In this document: positions 20,095 to 29,079 of the stretch, piece after piece
How positions within the stretch are numbered: the first letter of the stretch is position 1
How the letters are laid out: the number at the start of each line of letters is the position of its first letter
From: Phage NC-G
Sequence record: MK310184
DNA length: 64,000 nt
Strand: one strand, 5' to 3'
The notes under the pieces: model-generated
The model's database searches: none
Told to the model about the DNA's origin: nothing
The model's input: only the letters and a program-made list of their open reading frames with translations
Program-made: the position numbers and the translations under genes

Positions 20095-21912
20095 TTACGA
20101 CATCCAAGCCTTACGGAGTTGAGGGTCGTTTCCAAGGAGCATTTCGAACTGTTCTTTCCAATCTTCAGGCAATTGAACCACATCAAATTTAGGGTCTTGA
20201 ATCATTCGACGGTATTCGGCCTTCTCAAGAGAACCGAGCCCTTTAATATAACGAATAGAATGTTTAGGTAGAGAGTCCTTAGCTTTGGTATAACTAGGAA
20301 CGTCATAAAACCATTCTTGTTCTTTACCAATCTGAGCAATAATTACAGGAGTCTTACAGAAACGAATTCGTCCTTGTTCGAATAATTCAGGCCATTGGCT
20401 AAAGAAGGCTAATAACGAAGGATAAATCGAACCAGTACCATCCACATCGGCGTCAGTCATGATAGCAATATTACGATAGTTGGTTTTATCTGCAGGTTCA
20501 CCAATAACCAGTCCAGTGATTGCACAGATATCAAACAATTCTTTGTTCTTCATGATATCGGCAGCAGTCATACCCCAGGTATTCATAACCTTTCCGCGTA
20601 ACGGATAACCGCCTTGGAGGTCTTTATTACGAACTTCAATGAAAGGACCCATTGCAGAATCACCTTCCGTAAGGAACAAAGTCGTATCAGCATCTTTGCC
20701 ATACATATTGGCTTTAATATGCTTATGGACCTTGGCTTTCAAAGCTTTCTTAGCAGCTTTTGTTTCGGCGGCTTTTTCAGCAGCGAGTTTACGTGCTAAA
20801 GCTGCTTCGACAATAGGCATAATCAACCCATCAACTTTAAGAATAGCCGTTGCAATTTTCTTAGCATCAATTTGGATATGGTTACGAATCTCACCAAACG
20901 GAGAGGTTAATCGCTCTTTAGTCTGTGAATCAAAACGCATATTGCTCATATCACGAATGAACATTACCATCGTAAGGCATTCTTTAACACGAGCCTTAGT
21001 TACTTCGATTCCTTTATATTTCTTTTTAATACCGGGTAGAAGGTGCTCACAGATATCATCGAACACACATTCAACGTGGTGGCCGCCATTCTTAGTATGG
21101 ATATTGTTTACATACGTCAGTTGACGGAACCCGTCAGGAGAAGGAGTAAATGCCATCGAAACATTATCAGTTTCCTGGATTACAAAGTCTTCACCAAATT
21201 GCTTAGCATACTTTTTAAAGTTGCCATCTACTTTTTTACCATTAAAAGTAAATTGGATATCTGGATAAATTACAGCCAGTGTTTGAAGACGGTCTAGTGT
21301 AATATCCAGATAAATTTGAGACAGACTATTTTCTTCGAAATGGTTAAAGTCTGGGGTGAATATAACCGAAGTACCCTTACCTTTAGATTTCTTAGTAGAC
21401 CAACCTTTGTTTTCCATTCCATTGGAACAGTTAACAGTAATCTCATTCTCGCCATCAGAGGTGATGCCTGTGAACAAAACAGAGAAGATATTAGTTAAAC
21501 TACTACCAACACCGTTCATACCACCTGTCTTACGCTCAGCGTCATCTCCAAAGTTACCACCGGCCTTTGGAATAGTCCATGCAGCTACAGGACCTGGAAT
21601 CTGTTCACCGTTTTGGTCAGTAACCATTGCTTGAGGAATACCACGCCCATTATCAGAAACCGAAACCTGGTTATTCTTAATTTGAACATCAATTTTATTT
21701 GCGAATTTAAAATTGGTACGAATAGCTTCATCGACAGAGTTATCAATGATTTCGTCAATTAATTTAACCAGTCCAGGAACATAGTTCACCTGGGTAAAAT
21801 TACCAAACAGGAATCGACCGTGAGCTTCATTAGCACTGGAGCCAATATACATCCCACTACGTTTTTTGATATGTTCAATGTCGGACAGTACTTTAATTTC
21901 ATTCTTAATCAT
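20095..21912 (-). CDS. 39: DNA topoisomerase II large subunit gp39, unsplit (no separate gene 60)
   Basis: 605 aa continuous ORF; GyrB-like N-terminus IKVLSDIEHIKKRSGMYIGS... Confidence 0.9.
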   Translation of the reverse strand: MIKNEIKVLSDIEHIKKRSGMYIGSSANEAHGRFLFGNFTQVNYVPGLVKLIDEIIDNSVDEAIRTNFKFANKIDVQIKNNQVSVSDNGRGIPQAMVTDQNGEQIPGPVAAWTIPKAGGNFGDDAERKTGGMNGVGSSLTNIFSVLFTGITSDGENEITVNCSNGMENKGWSTKKSKGKGTSVIFTPDFNHFEENSLSQIYLDITLDRLQTLAVIYPDIQFTFNGKKVDGNFKKYAKQFGEDFVIQETDNVSMAFTPSPDGFRQLTYVNNIHTKNGGHHVECVFDDICEHLLPGIKKKYKGIEVTKARVKECLTMVMFIRDMSNMRFDSQTKERLTSPFGEIRNHIQIDAKKIATAILKVDGLIMPIVEAALARKLAAEKAAETKAAKKALKAKVHKHIKANMYGKDADTTLFLTEGDSAMGPFIEVRNKDLQGGYPLRGKVMNTWGMTAADIMKNKELFDICAITGLVIGEPADKTNYRNIAIMTDADVDGTGSIYPSLLAFFSQWPELFEQGRIRFCKTPVIIAQIGKEQEWFYDVPSYTKAKDSLPKHSIRYIKGLGSLEKAEYRRMIQDPKFDVVQLPEDWKEQFEMLLGNDPQLRKAWMS

Positions 21913-21961
21913 GTTATTTCCTCATGTAGTAGGAGAATATTATCCCATTTCACTTAAAGCA

Positions 21962-21978
21962 TAAAAGGGCCGAAGCCC
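21962..21978 (-). terminator. Hairpin terminator upstream of gene 39
   Basis: GGGC-TTCG-GCCC followed by TTTTAT on the minus strand. Confidence 0.45.
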
Positions 21979-22239
21979 TTAATCAAATCGAATAGTAGAC
22001 TTTTTAAAGAATAATCCAGAACAAACCGTTCCTTCAACCCTTTTACCTGTCGGCCCTACAGCAATAAAGCCTGTACGTTGGAAATCATCTTCAGAACAAC
22101 CGAATAGGTTATATCCTGTGATTTGGATTTGTTCGTAGCCATTTGCATCTAATACACGGGTAGCATTATCGGCATCAGTACAACCAACCAACGAAACTGC
22201 TAGTACAAGAGCTGCAATAGAACGATTAACATATTTCAT
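21979..22239 (-). CDS. Putative lipoprotein
   Basis: 86 aa; signal peptide with lipobox LVGC. Confidence 0.5.
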   Translation of the reverse strand: MKYVNRSIAALVLAVSLVGCTDADNATRVLDANGYEQIQITGYNLFGCSEDDFQRTGFIAVGPTGKRVEGTVCSGLFFKKSTIRFD

Positions 22240-22245
22240 AATTTC

Positions 22246-22422
22246 TCACTTAGTTAGTAGGTCGTAAAACCCGCCGTTAACATGTTTAGGAGCCGAGACT
22301 AACCGAACAGCCAGCCGATGGCAATCAGGGCAAATATCATTATCTCTTTCAGAGATTTTCTTGATTTTTTCGTATTCTTTTGCACAGTCTTCAGATTGGC
22401 ATTTGTAATCATAAAGTGGCAT
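22246..22422 (-). CDS. Zinc-ribbon protein (FmdB-like), 58 aa
   Basis: MPLYDYKCQSEDC...DICPDCHRL; two CxxC pairs; below track cutoff; anchored to flanking track ORFs. Confidence 0.45.
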   Translation of the reverse strand: MPLYDYKCQSEDCAKEYEKIKKISERDNDICPDCHRLAVRLVSAPKHVNGGFYDLLTK

Positions 22423-22428
22423 CTTCTA

Positions 22429-22800
22429 TTATTCCTTAAAGTGAGCTTTCAGCATCTGGTAAACTGTCCAGGCTTCAGAATTATTAGAGATAGTGATTTT
22501 AGTCAAAGGGAAATCACTCGGTTCCGATGGGCCCACGTCTTCGCATTCATCTTCAGTATCGTCATCTTTTTCTTCTTCAAAGAAACGACGCTCATCTTTC
22601 TTTATGAATAGGCTCGTAAATTCACCAGTTGATAATTCCATTTTATACACATCACCATCTTCAATTCTGACTGGTCTAAATCCCTCGCCATTGATTATAG
22701 TATTGGCTATATTATCATTATCTGTACATAGCAAACGGAATTTGCTTTCAGCATCATTATCTTTAAAATAATACCACTTATCAGTTTCAAATTTGGTCAT
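22429..22800 (-). CDS. Hypothetical acidic protein
   Basis: Start placed at MTKFETDKWYY after a ribosome-binding site; track ORF extends upstream. Confidence 0.45.
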   Translation of the reverse strand: MTKFETDKWYYFKDNDAESKFRLLCTDNDNIANTIINGEGFRPVRIEDGDVYKMELSTGEFTSLFIKKDERRFFEEEKDDDTEDECEDVGPSEPSDFPLTKITISNNSEAWTVYQMLKAHFKE

Positions 22801-23011
22801 TATAAGTTTCCTTCCAGAAGTCGGTGCCTTCAGCAGTGATTTCACGGAACACTGCATAGATAGGATTTTTATCACCTTGATTTTTGTATACATAAACCGA
22901 CGATAAATGAGAAAATGTATCAGAATGTTCCTTTTGAACCACGATTAAATCAGGGTTGAACAGAACGTCTTCAAATTCTTCACGGGTCGAGTTCACGGTA
23001 ACTTTAGCCAT
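22787..23011 (-). CDS. Hypothetical early protein
   Basis: 74-aa ORF. Confidence 0.45.
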   Translation of the reverse strand: MAKVTVNSTREEFEDVLFNPDLIVVQKEHSDTFSHLSSVYVYKNQGDKNPIYAVFREITAEGTDFWKETYNDQI

Positions 23012-23084
23012 TTTATTTTCCTCTCATTTGTTGATAGGGTAATCTTATCACTACCCTATATTGTTGTACACTACTTTTTAAACT

Positions 23085-23588
23085 TTATGCACGATGAATA
23101 TTGGCATACTCGACGATAAAGCTTTCAGGAACCACCTTAAAGGTTCCAAGGAACACGATGTTATAGAGCTTAACGCCTTCTTCAACCCACTGGTCAGTGA
23201 TGTACCCAGACATGCTAGTGGTTTCGTAAGTACCAAACTCTCCATCAATATATTCAAACGGTTTATGTGAAACGAAAAAGACGCCTTGACCTAATTTCCA
23301 TTTGAAATCAACACCAACATGAGACTGATCGATGGTTTCAACTTCTTCAACTACAGGAGCGACACATCCAGTAAATTCAGTTGATTCCAGGAATTTAGAA
23401 CGCACGTAGCCGAATTGTGTTTCCGTCTGGCCATTTTTAGGAATAATACGTACTTTTACTTCAGCGTTTTCAGGTCTGACACCTTCTTTAAGTTGAATAC
23501 TAACAACTTCAACTAAACGGCCTGCAGCTTTTGAACGAGATTGTTTGGATACGCGAACGATACCACCGATATCGGAAATAGTAATCAT
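23085..23588 (-). CDS. Hypothetical protein, paralog A (motB region)
   Basis: 167 aa; C-terminal ITDQWVEEGVKLYNIVFLGTFKVVPESFIV is shared with the next gene. Confidence 0.5.
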   Translation of the reverse strand: MITISDIGGIVRVSKQSRSKAAGRLVEVVSIQLKEGVRPENAEVKVRIIPKNGQTETQFGYVRSKFLESTEFTGCVAPVVEEVETIDQSHVGVDFKWKLGQGVFFVSHKPFEYIDGEFGTYETTSMSGYITDQWVEEGVKLYNIVFLGTFKVVPESFIVEYANIHRA

Positions 23589-23630
23589 AATTTTTCTCTC
23601 TTGGTTAAAGGTTTATTCTCCATGAGAGCC

Positions 23631-23659
23631 ATTATAACATGGCTCTCGATAAAGTAAAC
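23631..23659 (-). promoter_or_regulatory. Early promoter cassette
   Basis: GTTTAC, 17 nt, TATAAT; inverted repeat GAGAGCCAT / ATGGCTCTC flanks the -10. Confidence 0.6.
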
Positions 23660-23661
23660 TA

Positions 23662-24408
23662 TTAGTTCAAAACATTCACAACTGCACTACGAGGTACTAC
23701 ACTAAAATCACCTGCATGGACTACGTTCAGGAGCTCGACACCATCTTCAATCCATTGGTCTGTTACCCACCCACAGATAGGATTATCAAAAGGACGACGG
23801 ACGCTTACTGGCTTACACAACAAATCGGACGGGTCTTGTTCTTCAACTTCTTGGAACAGGATTAACTCTGCTTCATAAACCAGGTTTTTCTCTACTTTGT
23901 TATTATCTAACCGGCGGCCGTGGATGACGTAAGATTTGGCAAACCAGTCACTTTTGGTAAATTCTTCAACAATAAATTCGCCTTCGCCAAAAACATCAGT
24001 CAGAGTTTTATGGCCGGAAATCAAGGCCTTAGTTTTAATTTCAGGTTCAACCAGTTTGTAGGTTTTGCCGATTTCAATAGTGGTAGTCATAGTAGGTTCC
24101 TTAATTTCCAGTGGTTTAACAGGGCATACATAAGTGCTTACAACATCAAAATCGATAAGCTGCTTTGGAGCTAAACGAATAAAGGCAGCCATTTCTCGTT
24201 GCGACAATCGAATAGTATGGATCCCGGGTCCGCCGCATTCTTGAACTGTTACAGATTTAATATTATCAAGCTCATCAGGTCCAATAGAAAGAATACGAAA
24301 TTCATTGCCTTTAGTCATCTTTTTAAGGATATCATAAGCTTGGTTGTAGAGCTTAAGTTCAGCGTACGGGGTAACGATGTATTTGGCATTCAGATCAAAA
24401 GTATTCAT
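23662..24408 (-). CDS. Hypothetical protein, paralog B
   Basis: 248 aa; C-terminal VTDQWIEDGVELLNVVHAGDFSVVPRSAVV. Confidence 0.5.
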   Translation of the reverse strand: MNTFDLNAKYIVTPYAELKLYNQAYDILKKMTKGNEFRILSIGPDELDNIKSVTVQECGGPGIHTIRLSQREMAAFIRLAPKQLIDFDVVSTYVCPVKPLEIKEPTMTTTIEIGKTYKLVEPEIKTKALISGHKTLTDVFGEGEFIVEEFTKSDWFAKSYVIHGRRLDNNKVEKNLVYEAELILFQEVEEQDPSDLLCKPVSVRRPFDNPICGWVTDQWIEDGVELLNVVHAGDFSVVPRSAVVNVLN

Positions 24409-24914
24409 AATTGTCTCATTTCAATAAAATCTACGAGTTCAGCATGGGATTTGCGGAACATTACTTGGTGGTCACCAATGACAACCTCATCTTCAGGTAT
24501 TTCGTAAACAGCAAGATAGAATCCTTTAGAAGATAATTCTTCTCGCTCTTCATGACTGAACCAGCGCATCATATCATACTCACTGGCAAAAGCAAAATGA
24601 TAGAGGTGAACAAACCAACTAGGTATATAGTTATCTACACCATTATAATCAGGGCGACCCCACTTAGTATTAATTGCTCTATTAGAATTCGCAACCAACA
24701 ATTTATCTTGGGATGGTACCGGGATATTTTTAGTATTGCTATGATGGTGTCTAAAATCAGGTTTATTATAACCCGCTTCTAATAACCATCCTTCACTCCA
24801 CTCGTCGAATAATCCGCTATATGGTGTTAACTGACGACTCGCCTGTCTGGTGATTGCGATAGCGTTTCTGTCATCTAAAACACTGAATGATGATTCAACT
24901 CTATAAATTTTCAT
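24405..24914 (-). CDS. Hypothetical early protein
   Basis: 169-aa ORF. Confidence 0.5.
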   Translation of the reverse strand: MKIYRVESSFSVLDDRNAIAITRQASRQLTPYSGLFDEWSEGWLLEAGYNKPDFRHHHSNTKNIPVPSQDKLLVANSNRAINTKWGRPDYNGVDNYIPSWFVHLYHFAFASEYDMMRWFSHEEREELSSKGFYLAVYEIPEDEVVIGDHQVMFRKSHAELVDFIEMRQL

Positions 24915-24940
24915 TTTGTTCTCCTCATGTTGATAGGGCT

Positions 24941-24969
24941 ATAGTATCATGTCATGAGGAGAAGTAAAC
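24941..24969 (-). promoter_or_regulatory. Early promoter cassette
   Basis: GTTTAC, 17 nt, TACTAT; flanked by inverted repeat CTCCTCATG / CATGAGGAG. Confidence 0.6.
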
Positions 24970-24973
24970 ACTT

Positions 24974-25648
24974 TTATCGATTTTTTACACTCAAAGGGTC
25001 TGGATTCTCAGGGACATCTTCCAGGCTTAAAGCGTATCGTTGGGCGTATTTAAGCATCAAGATATCCTTAGCACAGTCATGAATAGAGTCATGAGCTACA
25101 AAGCCACTCAATGTTCCATTAGGCAGCGGACACATGCTTAACCCACGAGTCAACGAGTACGCTTCAATAGCAGTACGGATATCGCGTTGGTTCCAGAATT
25201 TAACAGGTTCTAACTTAGAGGTATCGATTTCATTCTCAGGAACACCTTCAGAACGGTATGCATCACGGATTAGGTCGACCAAGATTGGAAAATCAAAGGA
25301 CATTCCACGACACCACATCTGGGATTTCCATTGGTCTACTTCGTTTTTGCGACAGTATTCTAAGAAGTTACCAAGCCCAATAGAAGTAGACACATCAATT
25401 TCAGACGGGGCCAGGTTTTTACGTGCTTCAGGCCCTTGTTCTTTCCACCATTGGAGAGTGCTTTTAGAGAACAGACGTTTATCACGTTGAGAAGCCAAAT
25501 CGAATTTAATACGAAGGCCTCGTTGAGTAAGCTCTTCAAACGATTCTACTACCTCTGGATTAGGGTCATAAGCAATTACGGCGAGGTCAATAACCGCCGC
25601 ATTTTGGGTAGCGGCAAAGGTTTCGAAGTCAATAATTATATCTTTCAT
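24974..25648 (-). CDS. dexA: Exonuclease A (DexA)
   Basis: 224 aa (T4 DexA 227 aa); DEDD-type N-terminus IIDFETFA; synteny next to dda. Confidence 0.8.
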   Translation of the reverse strand: MKDIIIDFETFAATQNAAVIDLAVIAYDPNPEVVESFEELTQRGLRIKFDLASQRDKRLFSKSTLQWWKEQGPEARKNLAPSEIDVSTSIGLGNFLEYCRKNEVDQWKSQMWCRGMSFDFPILVDLIRDAYRSEGVPENEIDTSKLEPVKFWNQRDIRTAIEAYSLTRGLSMCPLPNGTLSGFVAHDSIHDCAKDILMLKYAQRYALSLEDVPENPDPLSVKNR

Positions 25649-25884
25649 TTAACGTACCTCATAAGGTCTCGGATTTGGCCAATAGTGTAGTCTTCAATAT
25701 AAACTGAAGAGATATTGTCGTCCATCAGATTTTGCACTGCAATAAAATCACTTTCAATCTCTTTAAGTGAATGCAAGACCTTATGAGCCTTGCCACGAAT
25801 ATTTGTATCGTCTTGGTTGACCTTAATAATATATTCTGTTTCAAATTTCAACTTATAAAACTGGTCTTTAGTTACTTTAATCAT
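25645..25884 (-). CDS. Hypothetical protein
   Basis: Start placed at MIKVTKD after GAGGAAAATATG. Confidence 0.45.
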   Translation of the reverse strand: MIKVTKDQFYKLKFETEYIIKVNQDDTNIRGKAHKVLHSLKEIESDFIAVQNLMDDNISSVYIEDYTIGQIRDLMRYVK

Positions 25885-25891
25885 ATTTTCC

Positions 25892-27223
25892 TCAAACGTA
25901 GTAGGCGTCAGTACGAGCACGAGTAATACTAACATAAGCCAGCTGTGAAGCTAAATTCACATCAGCCATATGCATGCATGGAGTATAGATAAAACTGTTC
26001 TGGACTGTAAGTCCTTGGGATTTATGAACAGTGCTCACAGGAAGAGCTCGAACCTTAGTAAACATTCGCTTGGCTTTCCAGAAATCAGCCCACTTAGGTT
26101 TCTTACCGGTTCCACGCATAGCCTTATACTCAGTAGCAACCTTAGCCAAGAAATAATGGAACTTCTCAACTGAAGCCTCATCGATAACCTTTAAATGCTC
26201 TACATAGTACTCGTCGTCTTCATCAACAGATTCTACTTGTAGGTCCCAGTAGTTAATCATTTGTCGAGTGCCTACATCCTTAGCAGACAAGAACAATGAG
26301 GTGTGGTTCACATCTAGAATACGAACCATTTGACCGTTATTAAAAATGGTTTCAGAGAATTTCTTACCATCGTATTCAAGTTCCTTCATAAAAGGCTCTT
26401 GCATCACTAGGATTTCACCCTTAATATAAGGCGCATCGGTTTCATAAAGCTTTTTACGAATAATGCTATTCAGCTTTTCAACCGATTTATTTGTATAAGC
26501 AAACATCCTATTCTCAAACAAGTCATCCGCGTCTTTTACAATGGAAAAATAATTCATCATAAAATCTTTTAAAGCAGTTTGAGATTTAAAACCGTGGACA
26601 CCATGTCCTTCGAATACACAATCTCTAAACCAACCACCATTACGGATTTCAGTAGCAACCTCAATGATAGGAGCATTACTACGCATCACTTCAGTCAGAT
26701 GTAGCTGTTTAATTTTAGGATGAGTAAAGAACGGAGATAACTGCGGACTTCCATCACTTCCGGGTTCTACCGGTTGTAGCTGAGCTCTGTCGCCAATCCC
26801 TAATACAGTGCACCATGGTGGCACGGAGGATTCAATAATCTTAAACAGCTTACCGTCAATCATCGAGCCTTCATCAACAACTAACACATTGCATTTGCTC
26901 AAGTCAGGAGCTTCGCGTTGTTCGAAGATATCCTGGTCTTCATATGTAGTAGGGTTAATTTTTAGAATTCTATGGATTGTTGATGCTTCTTGACCTGCGA
27001 GTTTCGACAACACCTTTTTGGCCGCATGAGTAGGTGCAGTCAAAATAACTCCGAGTTCACCGTTCTTGACTAAGTGGTCAAGGATAAATTTAGTAAGGGT
27101 TGTTTTACCTGTACCGGCTGGGCCGTTCAATGTAATCCATTCACCCTTACGTCGTTTAATAGCTTCAATGATTTCTTTAAAGGCCGTCCTCTGGCCGATG
27201 TTCAAGTCTTCAAATGTAATCAT
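25892..27223 (-). CDS. dda: DNA helicase Dda
   Basis: 443 aa; INGPAGTGKTTLTKFI and much of the sequence match T4 Dda from memory. Confidence 0.9.
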   Translation of the reverse strand: MITFEDLNIGQRTAFKEIIEAIKRRKGEWITLNGPAGTGKTTLTKFILDHLVKNGELGVILTAPTHAAKKVLSKLAGQEASTIHRILKINPTTYEDQDIFEQREAPDLSKCNVLVVDEGSMIDGKLFKIIESSVPPWCTVLGIGDRAQLQPVEPGSDGSPQLSPFFTHPKIKQLHLTEVMRSNAPIIEVATEIRNGGWFRDCVFEGHGVHGFKSQTALKDFMMNYFSIVKDADDLFENRMFAYTNKSVEKLNSIIRKKLYETDAPYIKGEILVMQEPFMKELEYDGKKFSETIFNNGQMVRILDVNHTSLFLSAKDVGTRQMINYWDLQVESVDEDDEYYVEHLKVIDEASVEKFHYFLAKVATEYKAMRGTGKKPKWADFWKAKRMFTKVRALPVSTVHKSQGLTVQNSFIYTPCMHMADVNLASQLAYVSITRARTDAYYV

Positions 27224-27519
27224 GCCAATTTTACTCGCTTAACATATAAAGTGTCTAAAACTAATTTAAGTTCTCGGGCTCGTTCTTCGGTAGGATATAC
27301 TGTTTTAGTTTCCCACTTATCAAACCACCATTTTCTAGGTGTGCACACCGTTTCAAGGCGTCCAAGCCGAAGATATCTTTTTGTTGTCATTTCATAAACG
27401 GATAGAGCTGTGTCGGCTCCAATCTTTGTCGAATACAAAGTCACTTCACCGGCCTCTTCTAATGGAATTTCATACCCGTCTTTGTCCTTGTGAACTAATA
27501 CGTATGCATAGTACATCAC
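27220..27519 (-). CDS. Hypothetical protein (dda.1 position)
   Basis: 99-aa ORF. Confidence 0.45.
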   Translation of the reverse strand: MMYYAYVLVHKDKDGYEIPLEEAGEVTLYSTKIGADTALSVYEMTTKRYLRLGRLETVCTPRKWWFDKWETKTVYPTEERARELKLVLDTLYVKRVKLA

Positions 27520-27520
27520 G

Positions 27521-28285
27521 TTAACCTCTAATCAATGAAAAAATTGAAGCATTCAGCGGAAGACCTTTTTTCAACTTCATTTTGTCAATAAAAGAAAGGT
27601 GTTCTAAACGCTCCAGACCTTGAATAATTTTATCATACATATCGTAACGCGTTTCTGCTTCAGACAATTTAAACTTAACCCGCCAATCAGGCCCACCAAT
27701 TAAAGATTTAAGACCCTTTTCCATAGTACCGATTGAAGCATTAGAGCCATGGATACGGGCTTTAATCGCGATGACAGAAGGGGTCTTATCGGTAGCTCCT
27801 GATTTAATAAGGTCCTTAAGACGTTTTTCACGCTTTTTAAGGCCTCTTTGGGTATCTTTAATATTTTTAACTATTTTACGAATTTTATAATAATTATCGG
27901 GGGTTACTTTAAAACTATTAGGCATTTTAGAACTACCTGAAATACGAACTGCTAAACGAGTCTGGGCACGTTTCAGTTCATCAAGGGACAAATCGGCACG
28001 TAAGCTGTTATACTTAACTTTAACTGGGATTACATTACCCTCAATATAGCCGATATCGTTGTTAAAACGTTCAAATGAAATCTTGTCATTAACTGAATTT
28101 TCATCAAAGTACTCGCCTGAATAAGCACACACTTTTTGTTCGAGAAGTCTACGAACATACTTACTAGACAGATTGAAGTCCTTACCGCGTTTATAAGCAG
28201 AAGCTTTGGTGTGTTTGCGGCGGTTGTAAACCTTTAACTCAAATTCATCGTTAGTTTTAATAGTAGGCATGATATTTTTTCTCAT
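27521..28285 (-). CDS. Hypothetical protein at the srd position
   Basis: 254 aa (T4 Srd 249 aa); assignment by synteny only. Confidence 0.4.
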   Translation of the reverse strand: MRKNIMPTIKTNDEFELKVYNRRKHTKASAYKRGKDFNLSSKYVRRLLEQKVCAYSGEYFDENSVNDKISFERFNNDIGYIEGNVIPVKVKYNSLRADLSLDELKRAQTRLAVRISGSSKMPNSFKVTPDNYYKIRKIVKNIKDTQRGLKKREKRLKDLIKSGATDKTPSVIAIKARIHGSNASIGTMEKGLKSLIGGPDWRVKFKLSEAETRYDMYDKIIQGLERLEHLSFIDKMKLKKGLPLNASIFSLIRG

Positions 28286-28311
28286 CTTACGGACGATTAG
28301 TTGATAGGTCT

Positions 28312-28340
28312 ATAGTATCATGTTGCTTAATAAAGTAAAC
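28312..28340 (-). promoter_or_regulatory. Early promoter cassette
   Basis: GTTTAC, 17 nt, TACTAT; conserved 23-nt core. Confidence 0.6.
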
Positions 28341-28409
28341 ACTTTTTTGCTTTAAATTTTCGACGGTATAATGAATCAAGGACTTTGCCTTTCAATTAAA
28401 CCGGGTGGT

Positions 28410-29024
28410 TCAGTAAGAAAGAACGGAAAGATTCCAAATGGTGTAATTATTCCATTTAGGATTTCTCTCAATAGAGTCTACGCGCAGCGTAGTTCCCGCA
28501 GGGAACATCATCTCATCTTCATCATTGATTAATTGTAAGTTTGCTACACGGGTAGATTCAGGAAATGCGCCTGGGAACTCTTCAGGGGGCGCAGCACATA
28601 ACATTTTAAAGATTTCTTCCTGATAATTGTACACAAATGGCGCATCATTAATACAAAAGATATTAAATGTGCCGTAGAAGTTATAAGATGCGAAATTCCT
28701 TGCCACGTTGAAGTCTTTAGAGAAGCTCATCACACGGTCGAATTCAATTACTGCACCTACACACATTGTGGACTCTAGATACTTCATAGTCTTTTTAGAT
28801 ATGCCGCGATAGAGCTTATCAGGCACTACAGAAGTCATATTCTTACGAATGATTTTGTTCAAAGTTTCTTGGATAGAATCCGGTTTATTTTCCATACACT
28901 GCCAGAGCGTGCTCTGTTCTAAATCAGAATACACCTCATCAATTTCTATCTGAGTATTCTCACGGAAATCATCGCATTTGGCATTGTTGATAAATTCTGC
29001 TAATTTATGGCTTGGGTATAACAT
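28410..29024 (-). CDS. modA: Mono-ADP-ribosyltransferase (ModA/ModB family)
   Basis: R-S-ExE triad: LYRGIS, SFS, EDEMMF; synteny; modA versus modB assignment tentative. Confidence 0.65.
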   Translation of the reverse strand: MLYPSHKLAEFINNAKCDDFRENTQIEIDEVYSDLEQSTLWQCMENKPDSIQETLNKIIRKNMTSVVPDKLYRGISKKTMKYLESTMCVGAVIEFDRVMSFSKDFNVARNFASYNFYGTFNIFCINDAPFVYNYQEEIFKMLCAAPPEEFPGAFPESTRVANLQLINDEDEMMFPAGTTLRVDSIERNPKWNNYTIWNLSVLSY

Positions 29025-29049
29025 ATTATTCTCCTCAGTTGATAGAAAG

Positions 29050-29079
29050 ATAGTACCACACGCTTCCTTGCCTGTAAAC
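29050..29079 (-). promoter_or_regulatory. Early promoter cassette
   Basis: GTTTAC, 18 nt, TACTAT. Confidence 0.5.

Noticed and set aside
19861-20095. A gene 60 remnant or translational-bypass hairpin between rIIA and gene 39
   Set aside because: Gene 39 is a single uninterrupted ORF; the only structure is an ordinary terminator hairpin plus a 53-aa ORF.
19918-20271. Plus-strand 117-aa ORF overlapping the 3' end of gene 39
   Set aside because: Antisense to the gene 39 coding sequence and to the minus-strand small ORF; no promoter or ribosome-binding-site support.
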